In this document: one piece after another, positions 1-9,548 of the stretch
Layout of the letters: every line of letters starts with the position of its first letter
Position numbering within the stretch: position 1 is the stretch's first letter
Source: an uncultured Candidatus Saccharibacteria bacterium
Lineage (GTDB): Bacteria; Patescibacteriota; Minisyncoccia; Phycocordibacterales; CSBR16-119
Direction: 5' to 3'
Length of the DNA stretch: 64,000 nt
Assembly (NCBI GenBank): GCA_964589975.1
Contig: CAZPVH010000001.1
Coordinates: forward strand, 164,853 to 228,852
Translations under genes and position numbers: made by a program
Notes under the pieces: generated by a model
Told to the model about the DNA's origin: nothing
What the model saw: only the letters and a program-made list of their open reading frames with translations
Database searches by the model: none

Positions 1-876
1 GACAACAAGCATGAAGCAGAGGACCAAGATAAAATCCTTGCCGTTTCGAATGAAGAGCATATTTTCAGTAACGTTCATACCGAAGATTCCGGTAATAAGC
101 GTGATTGGCAGCATGGTAAAGGTCATGGCTGTCAGAGTCTTCATGGTTTGGTTTGTTCGGGTGGTCAAAAGCGAGTCATTTGTCTCACGAAGGTCCGAGA
201 GAATCTCCTTGCCGACATCCAAAGTGTTCTTGACTCTGTTGTATTCTGATTGAACTAATTCCATTGTGTGCCTGAAACGGGCGTCAAAGAGTTCTACAGC
301 GACGGTTTCGAAAGATGAAATTATCTCGCCATGATGTCTGAGGGCTTGTTTAAAATTTAGGAACTTTCTATTCGTGTTCGATATGATCCCTACAGCTTCT
401 GCTTGACGACCCTTGAAAATATCTTCCTCGATCTTTTTAAGCGAGTCGTTTATGTTCTCGAGGTTCTCCAATGAATGCTTGTAGATCTCGCGCATGAGTC
501 CGGCGAAGATATAGCCGGCGTGTTCGCCGAGGCGACTGATCTCTAGAAACGATTCTTTGTCGAAAAGCCTGGAGAAATTGTGCATTGGATCGATCTTTTC
601 ATAACGCGTGGTGATGAGATAGTTTTTGCCCACGATAAAATCAATCTCCTGTTCAGAATTTTCCCGGCCGGGGGCAATGACGGGGAAGTGGAGCACCAGG
701 TAAATTAGCTTATTGCGCTCGTAGTACTCGACTTTTGAGCGAAGTGTGCAGGTCCCGAGGTCATCGGCCATGGATTCGGGCAAATCAAATTCCTCGAGTG
801 TTGTCATTATCTCAGCTCTGGTCGGAGACTCCAGATCTACCCAAACGGTATTTTTCCATTTATATTTAGACACCAT
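1..876 (-). CDS. corA: Magnesium/cobalt transporter CorA (partial; C-terminal TM region runs off window start)
   Basis: ATG at 876 on minus strand; translation reads through coordinate 1; GMN signature (GIFGMNV) precedes the final TM helices. Confidence 0.8.
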   Translation of the reverse strand, partial: MVSKYKWKNTVWVDLESPTRAEIMTTLEEFDLPESMADDLGTCTLRSKVEYYERNKLIYLVLHFPVIAPGRENSEQEIDFIVGKNYLITTRYEKIDPMHNFSRLFDKESFLEISRLGEHAGYIFAGLMREIYKHSLENLENINDSLKKIEEDIFKGRQAEAVGIISNTNRKFLNFKQALRHHGEIISSFETVAVELFDARFRHTMELVQSEYNRVKNTLDVGKEILSDLRETNDSLLTTRTNQTMKTLTAMTFTMLPITLITGIFGMNVTENMLFIRNGKDFILVLCFMLVV

Positions 877-979
877 GATACGGACAATTATAGCCTGAAA
901 ACACCCTTTATTTCATGATTTATTTGGGGATAAGGGCGGGGATTGCATTTTTTTAGGTTTCGGGTAGAATACTCCCATT

Positions 980-1297
980 ATGCAATTTGCAGTTATAAAA
1001 ACAGGCGGAAAGCAATACAAGGTCGCCGAGGGCGATACTTTGAAGATCGAGAAACTCTCGGGCGATTTCAAGAAGGGCGACAAGCTCTCTTTCGACGAGG
1101 TACTCTTCCTCGATGACGGTTCCAAGTCGACTCTCGGTATGCCCCTAATCTCAGGCAAGAAAGTAGAGGCTACTTTTGTTGAAGCTGGCCGAAACAAGAC
1201 TATCGACGTTATCAAATACAAGGCTAAGTCTAACTACTACAAAAAGCGTGGTCACCGACAGCCATTTTTCAAGGTTAAAATCGGAAAAATCGCCTAA
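980..1297 (+). CDS. rplU: 50S ribosomal protein L21
   Basis: MQFAVIKTGGKQYKVAEGDTLKIEKL... is the classic L21 N-terminus; 105 aa. Confidence 0.9.
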   Translation: MQFAVIKTGGKQYKVAEGDTLKIEKLSGDFKKGDKLSFDEVLFLDDGSKSTLGMPLISGKKVEATFVEAGRNKTIDVIKYKAKSNYYKKRGHRQPFFKVKIGKIA

Positions 1298-1302
1298 CGA
1301 AA

Positions 1303-1328
1303 ACCCTCCGGCAACGGAGGTTTTTTGT
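1303..1328 (+). terminator. Intrinsic terminator after rplU
   Basis: cctccggcaacggagg hairpin followed by a T-run. Confidence 0.7.
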
Positions 1329-1399
1329 TGATCCTAGTATCACCCTTGAGGTTGACAAAAGCCATTTTTTCGTGTAAACAGAGGACAAAACCCAGAACA

Positions 1400-2287
1400 A
1401 TGAAAAAATGTAGCCAGCTTCTCCTTGTCGTCCTTGTGGCGAGCATCGAGTCGTGTACTAACGGAAGGCCAATATTCGCACCGAACATCCCAGATGACGT
1501 CGAGATACCCTCGAATGCGGATCCGGTTACGGCCCGCCGAAACCAAAGGCTCGACTCCACTGTCGTCAGTATTGAGATATTAGGAAATAAGGATTCGGTT
1601 ATTTCTGAGGCAAAGCTTGTTCTTGTTGAGCGAGCATCTTTTCGGGACGGATACGGACGGCCCTATTCTACATACAGCGTAGGTGCAGGAAAGTACGTAA
1701 AAAAGTTCGGTCTGCCGGAAGAGCACTTCAAGATGGGTTCGGACAGCGTCCTCTATGACTGGTTTGGTCTACCGGTAGGTAGGTTACGACTTGAGTTCAA
1801 CTGTCCCTGTACCAAAAGTACTGGAACCAAACTCGAGTTTTGGCAGGATTCAATGGCAACTCGCCTGCCGGTAAAGCTGCTAATGGGTAAGCCTAAACTG
1901 GTCGACGATCATAACGGAAAGTATCCAATCCCAGGGATATCTGTCTATGCACTTGATACGATAGTGAGCCCTAAGGATTCGAGTGCATTCCTTCTGGCCC
2001 CTGTTGTAAAAGGGGATCGGGTATGCAAGTTCTTTGAGCTCATACGAAGCGACCGCTTCGTCGCAAACGGAGTGAAGGAAACATTCTACCAGCCACACTT
2101 TTCTGACTATCGTCATCTTGGTAAGAAGCAAAACAAGGATGGCAGTGAGGACTACACGGTAGACGGTGTTCGCATCAAATACTTCGTGATTGTGACAGAG
2201 GTGCCAACCGTGATCATGGGTGCTGTAAAGCAGAAGCACGAAGGACGTGACAGAAAAAAGCGCAAAGGGAAAAAGCCCGTTTCCTGA
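1400..2287 (+). CDS. Hypothetical secreted protein or lipoprotein
   Basis: MKKCSQLLLVVLVASIESC signal-like N-terminus; start chosen at the internal ATG of the 1325..2287 ORF; no recognisable domain. Confidence 0.5.
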   Translation: MKKCSQLLLVVLVASIESCTNGRPIFAPNIPDDVEIPSNADPVTARRNQRLDSTVVSIEILGNKDSVISEAKLVLVERASFRDGYGRPYSTYSVGAGKYVKKFGLPEEHFKMGSDSVLYDWFGLPVGRLRLEFNCPCTKSTGTKLEFWQDSMATRLPVKLLMGKPKLVDDHNGKYPIPGISVYALDTIVSPKDSSAFLLAPVVKGDRVCKFFELIRSDRFVANGVKETFYQPHFSDYRHLGKKQNKDGSEDYTVDGVRIKYFVIVTEVPTVIMGAVKQKHEGRDRKKRKGKKPVS

Positions 2288-2291
2288 AGAG

Positions 2292-2320
2292 AGGCCCGCC
2301 ACCACGGGCCTTTTTCTTTT
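2292..2320 (+). terminator. Intrinsic terminator
   Basis: ggcccgccaccacgggcc hairpin plus T-run. Confidence 0.7.
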
Positions 2321-2391
2321 CCACATAGGGATTTGACAACCTTGCGGAAAATTTGCGGATAGATATAATTGGTTTAAACCTCCTAACACCC

Positions 2392-2790
2392 ATGAAGATC
2401 GTTAAAACTGTCCTCCTCGGACTCGCGGCGCTCTTCATGAGTCCCGCATTTTCCCAAGAAGCGTCGGGAAGCTCTCTTCCGCCTGGTTGTGCCCTCGTTG
2501 AGTCGGCCAACTCGGATGGAAGCCTGAACCTCTCGCCGCAGTACAGCAGCACCTTCCCTCGTCGCGAGGGTAAGACATACTGTTGCACCGTCTCCGTCTC
2601 AAACGAAGACTTCCTTCTGCACTACACTCAGGGAACCTTCTACCTCTGCAAGCAGCAGTTCGATGGGACGATACGCAACATCACTTTTCGGATCCCAGGT
2701 CCTTTTGTTCTCGCGCCCTGTGAGAAGAAAAAAGGTCCAGAGGCTCCGGCAATCTCGGTCAATCAAGATCTTGGCACCCTACTGCCGTGA
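2392..2790 (+). CDS. Hypothetical small secreted protein
   Basis: MKIVKTVLLGLAALFMSPAFSQ signal peptide; internal start of the 2353..2790 ORF. Confidence 0.45.
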   Translation: MKIVKTVLLGLAALFMSPAFSQEASGSSLPPGCALVESANSDGSLNLSPQYSSTFPRREGKTYCCTVSVSNEDFLLHYTQGTFYLCKQQFDGTIRNITFRIPGPFVLAPCEKKKGPEAPAISVNQDLGTLLP

Positions 2791-2845
2791 TCGATTGCCG
2801 AACAAGGTCCCCGCATTGTCGGGGGCCTTTCAATTTGTATAAAAA

Positions 2846-3463
2846 TTATTTGCGATTGGTAAACGCGCTTTCAAAAGTTTCTTTATCAGAATACTCGAGC
2901 TCTGTTCCGGTTGAGAGTCCGCGGCCGAGGATGGAAATTTTGAGGCCCTTCTCCTCAAAAGCTTTTAATTTCTCTTTCAGATATTCCAGGGTGTACTCAC
3001 CCTGAGGATTAAGCGACAATCCAAGAATGAGTTCTTTAAGTTCTCCCGCTTCAATTTTTTTCCTAACTATTTCTTGAAGTTCACGAACACGAATTATGTC
3101 GTCAGGATTCTTCGCCAAGACGGGGATAGAGCCGCCGAGTACAAAATAGAGGCCTTTATAAAAATGCATACTTTCGAGGTTTTCGAGATCGGAATCTTTT
3201 TCTACAACCAGAAGCAGCGTTCGGTCGCGGTTTGGGTCCCGTACAATAGGGGAGAGAGTTTCTTTTGGATTTTCAGAATAAAAATATTGAAAAGATTCCT
3301 GACAGAGACGAATATTATCCTTGAGTCTTGCGATAGCGTTCGTAAGGTCTCTTGAAAAGGCTGAATTTTTCCTAAGTAAATAATAGACAAATCTTTTGGC
3401 CTGACGCTTGCCGACGCCCGGAAATTTCTCGAAATATTCGGCTAGTTTTTCAATGCTGTTCAT
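2846..3463 (-). CDS. recR: Recombination protein RecR (variant lacking the C4 zinc finger)
   Basis: N-terminal HhH (FPGVGKRQAKRFVYYLL), Toprim LLLVVEKDSDLENLE; only one Cys where the CxxC..CxxC finger is expected. Confidence 0.85.
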   Translation of the reverse strand: MNSIEKLAEYFEKFPGVGKRQAKRFVYYLLRKNSAFSRDLTNAIARLKDNIRLCQESFQYFYSENPKETLSPIVRDPNRDRTLLLVVEKDSDLENLESMHFYKGLYFVLGGSIPVLAKNPDDIIRVRELQEIVRKKIEAGELKELILGLSLNPQGEYTLEYLKEKLKAFEEKGLKISILGRGLSTGTELEYSDKETFESAFTNRK

Positions 3464-3465
3464 AT

Positions 3466-4872
3466 TTAGAATTCATCGAATGAATTTTTTGCCTGCGTTG
3501 GTGTCGTTACGCCAAAGTCACCATTCTTTTCTATTGATAGGAAAGTAGAATTTTTCTCGTCGAAGAACAGATCCACTTTACCAACAGGACCATTTCGGTG
3601 TTTCTCGATGAGGATCTCAGCGATACCCGTGGACTCGGCATCGGTTCGGGTGCCCGCACGGTCTTCGCGGTGTATGAACATGACCACATCGGCGTCCTGC
3701 TCGATGGAACCGGAGTCTCGAAGGTCAGACAGACGTGGTTTGCCGCCACGTGATTCCACCGCACGAGAGAGCTGTGACAGGGCGAGCACTGGTACATCGA
3801 GCTCTCGGGCAAGACCTTTCAACGAGCGGGAAATTTCTGTAACTTGGTTCACCATACTGTCATAGTTTTTTGATGTGGTCATGAGCTGGAGATAGTCAAT
3901 GACGATGAGCCCAAGGCCGAACTCACTCTTCAGGCGTCTTGCGACGGACTTCATTTTAATAATTGAGTTACCGGCCTGATCATCAATATATATTGGAGCT
4001 TGAGAAAGCTCGTTAAGAGAATCACGGATTTTGCCGAAGTCATTTTCGTTTGTAATTTTTCCAGTTCGAAGTTTCCAAGCGTCGACATGCGACTGAGCAG
4101 AGAGCATGCGCTGGGTTAACTGATTGGCGCTCATTTCAAGTGAGAAGATACCGACAGGGATCTTTGATTTGACGGCGGCGTTTCTCGCAATATCGAGCGC
4201 GAGAGTAGTTTTACCGACGGATGGACGTGCGGCCAAGATGATGAGGTCAGACTTATGAAGTCCGCCAAGGAGGTTATCAAGCGCCGGATATCCTGTCGGT
4301 ACGCCACCAGGGCCGCCGTCTCCGCTATGAAGCTTTTCAAGCTGATCCCAAACCTCCGTCAAACTTTGTTTGATCGATACGAATTTCTGACCTTTTGGGT
4401 CGCCGGTAATGGCAAAGATTTTTTTCTCTGCTTCGTCCATGATTGTCTCGACATCGGTATCGGATTCGGAAAAACCGACGGTCGAGAGGTGCTCGCCGGC
4501 CTCGATGAGCTTTCTCATCAGCGCTTTCTTATATACGATACCCGCGTAATGTTTTACGTTAGTTGAAGCTGGTACTGAGTTCGTGAGATCGGTCAGGTAT
4601 GCTCGGCCACCGATCTGTTCGAGTTGGCCGCGGCTCTTGAGACTTGTTGAAAGCGAGAGCAGGTCGATCGGCTCATTCTTTGAAAAAAGGTCGATCATGG
4701 CCTTGAATATTATTCGGTGCTTTTCTGAGTAGCACGACTCGGCATTGAAGATATCAATGATTTCGTTCAGCGCGGCTGGGTTTAACATTATAGATCCGAG
4801 GGTTGCTTGCTCGGCATCCAAGTCGTGTGGTGGCACGCGCACGTGTTTAGGTTTTATCGGGGCTTCAGACAT
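3466..4872 (-). CDS. dnaB: Replicative DNA helicase DnaB
   Basis: 468 aa; Walker A ARPSVGKTTLAL, DnaB N-domain, SEQDADVVMFIHRED motif; 2-nt gap to recR. Confidence 0.9.
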   Translation of the reverse strand: MSEAPIKPKHVRVPPHDLDAEQATLGSIMLNPAALNEIIDIFNAESCYSEKHRIIFKAMIDLFSKNEPIDLLSLSTSLKSRGQLEQIGGRAYLTDLTNSVPASTNVKHYAGIVYKKALMRKLIEAGEHLSTVGFSESDTDVETIMDEAEKKIFAITGDPKGQKFVSIKQSLTEVWDQLEKLHSGDGGPGGVPTGYPALDNLLGGLHKSDLIILAARPSVGKTTLALDIARNAAVKSKIPVGIFSLEMSANQLTQRMLSAQSHVDAWKLRTGKITNENDFGKIRDSLNELSQAPIYIDDQAGNSIIKMKSVARRLKSEFGLGLIVIDYLQLMTTSKNYDSMVNQVTEISRSLKGLARELDVPVLALSQLSRAVESRGGKPRLSDLRDSGSIEQDADVVMFIHREDRAGTRTDAESTGIAEILIEKHRNGPVGKVDLFFDEKNSTFLSIEKNGDFGVTTPTQAKNSFDEF

Positions 4873-5016
4873 AGGGTGATTCTAGCACATTGGCGAGGTT
4901 CAGAAATCGGAAGGGAATAATGGGGATTGAGTGGATTGTGGGGAAATGGGGAGTATTGATTTAATTCTAAATATATGGTAAAAACTAGCAAAACCAGAAC
5001 CTAAAAACCTGTAAAC

Positions 5017-5736
5017 ATGGAGAACCGATTCACTGAGAGGGACTCGATTCCTTACATTAAAAGATTCCTGCAGAGTCTTGCTCACGTGACCTTTTTGGTA
5101 GTGAGTATCCCGTTCCTCACGCTGCTTATCCGCTACATGACGGGTCAGCACGACAATCCTGTTCTTGTTGCCATGGTGGGCTTTTCGACCGTAGCGCTGT
5201 GGCTGCTCTTGGCTGTTTTTTATATCTTCTTCCTTGATCGTTTGGTAGAACATCTGGGTCAAAGCAAGAATTGGTATATGCGCTTTTTGCGCCACGAGCG
5301 AATGGTAAACTCGAGTCTTCTCGAGTACTACAACAATCAGGGGAAGATCAGATCCATGTATCGCAACAGCTGCAAGAGGCTTCTGGCTTCCAAAGGCGAC
5401 CGTGATCAGCAGCGGGAGTTTCTCTTGAGAACGCATCGACAATACTTGAGTCAGCTTCAGACCGCCGTTACCAGGCTTCCGAAATCCGAGCAGAAAGCGG
5501 CCGAACGGAAAAGGGAGCTAGAGACGGACAGGTTCCTAGACAAGTTGCTTGATCTCGAGGATAAGCCAATTGATCCGGAGAACGCGGAATACATTTTGGA
5601 GAAGAACGCGGCTTTGGCTGGTGCGGAGAAGGACATCGCCGAGCTTCGGGAGCTTTACACGGAAACAAAGAAGCGTATTGCTGAGCTCGATAGGCTCATC
5701 AATGAGAGCGAGCGGGTCCAGGAAGTACACGTATGA
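5017..5736 (+). CDS. Hypothetical membrane protein with C-terminal coiled coil
   Basis: two TM helices then a charged coiled-coil region; no family recognised. Confidence 0.5.
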   Translation: MENRFTERDSIPYIKRFLQSLAHVTFLVVSIPFLTLLIRYMTGQHDNPVLVAMVGFSTVALWLLLAVFYIFFLDRLVEHLGQSKNWYMRFLRHERMVNSSLLEYYNNQGKIRSMYRNSCKRLLASKGDRDQQREFLLRTHRQYLSQLQTAVTRLPKSEQKAAERKRELETDRFLDKLLDLEDKPIDPENAEYILEKNAALAGAEKDIAELRELYTETKKRIAELDRLINESERVQEVHV

Positions 5737-5740
5737 AGAA

Positions 5741-5768
5741 AGGCGCCTCTCGGGGCGCCTTTTCTTAT
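5741..5768. terminator. Bidirectional intrinsic terminator
   Basis: ggcgcctctcggggcgcc hairpin flanked by A-run and T-run. Confidence 0.6.
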
Positions 5769-6208
5769 TGCAGTTTTGTCTTCTTGATCCTGTGTGAATC
5801 CTTGCTAAAGAACCTAGCGTAAGGAGTTTTGAAGAAGTACTGATAGATATCTGAGTCGTCTAGATGGAGATCTATTCCCGTACGCTCACAGTATTCAGCT
5901 TTGGTCTTGTCCCAGAGGTATGGATCCAGGTGGGGTTCGTTTTTCTCATCCCAGCGTATATCTGTGCCGATTTCTGTATGATAATCAGTAATAGAGAAGA
6001 AGTGCGTAAAAGATATGCCAAGTTCTCGCACGACCTCTTCTTCTTGGCTTCTTCGCGTTCCTGTAATGAGATGAACCTCCCAGCCGGACGCCACCAATAT
6101 CCTTGTTAGCTCTTTAAAAAATTCTGGTTTCGAATCCGCGACGCCATGGATGTCGATGCCAATTTTGAACGCTTTTTCCATGCCGCTATTATATATCCTT
6201 TTTAACAC
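5765..6208 (-). CDS. HAD-superfamily NT5C-like putative 5'(3')-nucleotidase (DxD motif replaced by DIH)
   Basis: IGIDIHGVADSKPEFF resembles the NT5C motif I; small Rossmann-like protein. Confidence 0.45.
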   Translation of the reverse strand: MLKRIYNSGMEKAFKIGIDIHGVADSKPEFFKELTRILVASGWEVHLITGTRRSQEEEVVRELGISFTHFFSITDYHTEIGTDIRWDEKNEPHLDPYLWDKTKAEYCERTGIDLHLDDSDIYQYFFKTPYARFFSKDSHRIKKTKLQ

Positions 6209-6242
6209 TATTTCCAGGGGCTATGTTATAATTTCTCCCGTC

Positions 6243-7910
6243 ATGATACATCTATTGTTTCCGGGAAGGCATCTTTTGAATACTAAGTTTCAAGAAGATT
6301 ACTTATGGGAGGTTTTGCGCCTACCTATTTCGAAGCTAAATTTGATAAGAAATGGAGACGTCCCGACAGATGAAAAGATTGGTAGCATTATATTTGCGGT
6401 TACTTCTTCAAACCAAGCAAACTCGAGGTATAACCCAATTGCATTTCATCACCGAATTATCAATCTTGATCGTTTTGCAAAGCAGTACAAGGATAATCTG
6501 GGAGTAAATTATAAGATATTCGGTGTCCCCAGATTTCCGCACACTGATAGGTTTGCTGAGTACGTATTGAAAGAAATTGCCGAAGTCTCTGAAAGCGATC
6601 TCAAACTTACCCCAGAAAATACCATCGTTCTTTGTTCAACAAAGAATCTAATTGATCAGTACAGAGGGCTTGGTTTCAGTATTCTTCCTGCTGAATTTGA
6701 TCCAGAGGATGGAACCACAAAAGCCGATACACCGATAGATATTGTGAGGCAAATTGTAGGGCGGGGGGAATATTTTGACCACGACAAAACCCTGACAGAA
6801 AAAATTTCGCGAACGAGCCTTCAATTCTTAGGTGATTTTCCTGATGTGGTAAAAAAGATTTTGCGGCTATGGCACGATCCCTTACTTACTGAATCTGGTT
6901 CATTGACCGAAGAGCGTAACTACAGCACTTACGCCTACGGTATGAATCATATGAATCTTATCAATCTAAAATACCAGGACATCGTGGGGGCGGTGAGGGA
7001 AGGAAAGATCGCCGACGAAGGCTGCGCCGACGGCGCGCTCATGGTTAAACTCGCCCATGATTTTCCGGACTCAGACATTATAGGAATTGAAATCACGACA
7101 GAATTTACTGCCCGTTGCGAAGAGCGTCTCCGGGCCGGCGAGTTCGGCGGCTCATTCGTATATTTCCATCAGCGCAATCTCCTTGAAAAGATTTTTGAAG
7201 ATAACAGCATTGACACTACTATCTGTAACTCCACAACTCATGAACTCTGGTCATATGGCGAAAAGGGTGAAAGCCTCATGAATTATCTTGGCATGAAGTA
7301 TGACCAGGCTACCAAAAATGGTCGGATCGTTATTCGTGATGTTGTGGGTCCAGAGAATAAAGATTCAATGGTCTATATGGAGCTAAATGATAGTGATGGA
7401 TCTAATGAAAACATTTTTCATAATCCGGAGCATAAAGAAGACCTGGCGGCGCATTTGTCAGCCCTTTCTACCTACGCCAGGTTTCTTCGATTCGCCGAGG
7501 ATTATCTCTCCGGCATGAGAAGCTCTGGTAGGCGCGGAGAGGATTCAAGAATTAAATTCAAAGAGGTGGAAATTGCCAACAAGAAATACATTTATTTACG
7601 TCTTAAAGACGCGGTGGAATTTATAACGAAAAAGGATTATACCGATAACTGGAACAGCGAGCTGAATGAAGAGTTTGCGTTTTGGAGCTTTAGTGAATGG
7701 AAAGCAAATCTACGAAAGGCTGGTTTCCGAATCATCGAAAATCCAAATGAACCAAATACGTCATCCCGGGAATACAGCAATCATTGGATAGTTGAAAACC
7801 GATGGAAGGGAAAAGTGGGATTTTTTGAAATGAAAGACGGTAAGTTATCTGAACTTCCATATCCGCCGACGAATATGGTGCTAATTGGAGAAAAATATCC
7901 AACTAAATAG
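6243..7910 (+). CDS. Two-domain protein: N-terminal unknown alpha/beta domain plus C-terminal class I SAM-dependent methyltransferase
   Basis: motif I DEGCADGALMVKL, post-I IIGIEIT, TTICNSTTHELW; the N-terminal 250 aa are unassigned; leaderless arrangement with TATAAT at 6227-6232. Confidence 0.55.
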   Translation: MIHLLFPGRHLLNTKFQEDYLWEVLRLPISKLNLIRNGDVPTDEKIGSIIFAVTSSNQANSRYNPIAFHHRIINLDRFAKQYKDNLGVNYKIFGVPRFPHTDRFAEYVLKEIAEVSESDLKLTPENTIVLCSTKNLIDQYRGLGFSILPAEFDPEDGTTKADTPIDIVRQIVGRGEYFDHDKTLTEKISRTSLQFLGDFPDVVKKILRLWHDPLLTESGSLTEERNYSTYAYGMNHMNLINLKYQDIVGAVREGKIADEGCADGALMVKLAHDFPDSDIIGIEITTEFTARCEERLRAGEFGGSFVYFHQRNLLEKIFEDNSIDTTICNSTTHELWSYGEKGESLMNYLGMKYDQATKNGRIVIRDVVGPENKDSMVYMELNDSDGSNENIFHNPEHKEDLAAHLSALSTYARFLRFAEDYLSGMRSSGRRGEDSRIKFKEVEIANKKYIYLRLKDAVEFITKKDYTDNWNSELNEEFAFWSFSEWKANLRKAGFRIIENPNEPNTSSREYSNHWIVENRWKGKVGFFEMKDGKLSELPYPPTNMVLIGEKYPTK

Positions 7911-7925
7911 GGCCAATAACACATA

Positions 7926-7954
7926 TTGACAAATTAATTTATATATGCTATAGT
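7926..7954 (+). promoter_or_regulatory. Consensus sigma70-like promoter TTGACA-N17-TATAGT
   Basis: ttgaca at 7926-7931, 17-nt spacer, tatagt at 7949-7954. Confidence 0.6.
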
Positions 7955-7988
7955 GTAGTAGAAATTCACAAAACCAAAACATTTCATC

Positions 7989-8198
7989 ATGATCCAGATC
8001 ATCAGTCAGAGTCCTGTGAAAGCGGGTGGCCATGCCAAGCGCATGCAGATCGTCGAGAAGACCCGCGACGGCAAGAAGCTGTCCTCCAAGACGCGGCATC
8101 TGCGTCTGACCAACCCCAAGGAGGGTCGCTACGTGGACGGGTCTGACGGCAGGATCGCCTTCTGCGTCAAGGATCGGGAGTTGCATCGCGCCGCCTAG
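7989..8198 (+). CDS. Hypothetical 69-aa protein in a GC-rich segment (possibly acquired; could alternatively be a structured RNA)
   Basis: ORF between a consensus promoter and a strong terminator; GC visibly higher than neighbours; no SD; sequence looks protein-like but no family assigned. Confidence 0.4.
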   Translation: MIQIISQSPVKAGGHAKRMQIVEKTRDGKKLSSKTRHLRLTNPKEGRYVDGSDGRIAFCVKDRELHRAA

Positions 8199-8214
8199 AT
8201 GCATCATGATGGAA

Positions 8215-8247
8215 AAGGGCCCGCTTCGCGCGGGCCCTTTTTCTTTT
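8215..8247 (+). terminator. Intrinsic terminator
   Basis: gggcccgcttcgcgcgggccc hairpin plus tttttctttt. Confidence 0.75.
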
Positions 8248-8279
8248 GCTCATCTTTTGAAGTCTGTTAAAATATAAGC

Positions 8280-9254
8280 ATGGAAAAGAAGATTCTCGTT
8301 TCCGGCATCAAGCCGACTGGTGCCGTTCACATTGGCAATTATTTCGGCGCCATCAAGCAGTTCGTAGATATGCAAAAAGACTTTCAGTCGTTTGTCTTTT
8401 TGGCTGATTATCACGCTCTGACTTCTGTCGCGAGCCGCGAAACCATGATAAAGAATTCTTTCGATGCTATCTGTACATATCTTGCTTGCGGCCTAGATCC
8501 AAAGAGCGTCACACTCTACCGGCAATCGACCCTCCCTGAGCATGCCGAACTCACTTGGATGTTTAACTGTCTCGTCACTATGCCATGGCTTCAACGCGCG
8601 CATGCTTACAAAGATGCCGAAGCAAAGGGAAGTGAGATAAATGTAGGAACTTTTGATTACCCGGTCCTCATGGCCGCGGATATTCTCATGTATGACGCCG
8701 ACGTCGTGCCGGTTGGCCGCGACCAGGTTCAGCATGTTGAGATGGCTCGAGAAATTGCGGATAAATTCAATAATACCTACGGCGAAACTTTCAAGCGTCC
8801 GAAGGAGCTTTTGGTGAAAGATGTCGAAACTGTACCTGGAGTCGACGGTCGCAAGATGTCAAAGAGTTATGGCAACGTCATTCCACTTTTTGGGACAGAG
8901 GAGGAGATAAAAAAGGCCATCATGGGCATTGTAACCGACTCAAAGGCTCCAGAAGAGAAAAAAGTCGCCGAAGAAAATAATATTTATAAAGTATACAAAC
9001 TCCTGGCAACGCCGGATGAGCGAGAAGAAATGCGTCGCGGCTTCGAGGAGGGGGGCCTCGGTTATGGTGAGGCGAAGAAAAGACTTTTAGAGAAATTCAT
9101 GGCTTATTTCGGGCCTATGCGAAAGGTCTACGAAAAGCTTCAGAGCAATCCGAAGAAGGTGTATAATATCCTTCGCCGCGGTGAGAAAAGAGTCCGCAAG
9201 ATCGCCGAGCGCAAGATGGAAACCGTTCGAAATCTGGCCGGCTTGCGAAACTGA
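8280..9254 (+). CDS. trpS: Tryptophan--tRNA ligase
   Basis: 324 aa class I aaRS; GIKPTGAVHIGNY (HIGH-like) and KMSKSYGN motifs. Confidence 0.9.
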   Translation: MEKKILVSGIKPTGAVHIGNYFGAIKQFVDMQKDFQSFVFLADYHALTSVASRETMIKNSFDAICTYLACGLDPKSVTLYRQSTLPEHAELTWMFNCLVTMPWLQRAHAYKDAEAKGSEINVGTFDYPVLMAADILMYDADVVPVGRDQVQHVEMAREIADKFNNTYGETFKRPKELLVKDVETVPGVDGRKMSKSYGNVIPLFGTEEEIKKAIMGIVTDSKAPEEKKVAEENNIYKVYKLLATPDEREEMRRGFEEGGLGYGEAKKRLLEKFMAYFGPMRKVYEKLQSNPKKVYNILRRGEKRVRKIAERKMETVRNLAGLRN

Positions 9255-9291
9255 GTCGGATAGAGGCGTTTATAATCTAATTTTTTATATC

Positions 9292-9480
9292 ATGAAGAAT
9301 TTCGTAATGATCCTTATCATTTTGGTTGTGGCTATAGCCGTCATCGTTTTAGTGAAGCGCGGACAGGGAACAGATCTTCCAGATAATTCTGCCGCCGGAG
9401 GAACGATGCTCGAAGGAACACCAGAGCCGGATAATGGCATGATCGGTGGAGACGCTGATGCAGGAGTGATCGTGCAATAG
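9292..9480 (+). CDS. Small membrane protein (62 aa)
   Basis: MKNFVMILIILVVAIAVIVLV TM helix; internal start of the 9181..9480 ORF; TATAAT 16 nt upstream. Confidence 0.4.
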   Translation: MKNFVMILIILVVAIAVIVLVKRGQGTDLPDNSAAGGTMLEGTPEPDNGMIGGDADAGVIVQ

Positions 9481-9548
9481 TTTTGACAAACCCAAAGATC
9501 TGAGTAAACTTTTATACTGTAACGTACAAAAACCAAAAACCGAAAGCC

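Noticed and set aside
913-1221. 102-aa minus-strand ORF
   Set aside because: It lies antisense within rplU and its upstream region, and its composition is not protein-like.
7881-8207. 108-aa minus-strand ORF over the GC-rich cassette
   Set aside because: It runs across the consensus promoter and is antisense to the better-supported plus ORF. GC-rich DNA gives long spurious ORFs.
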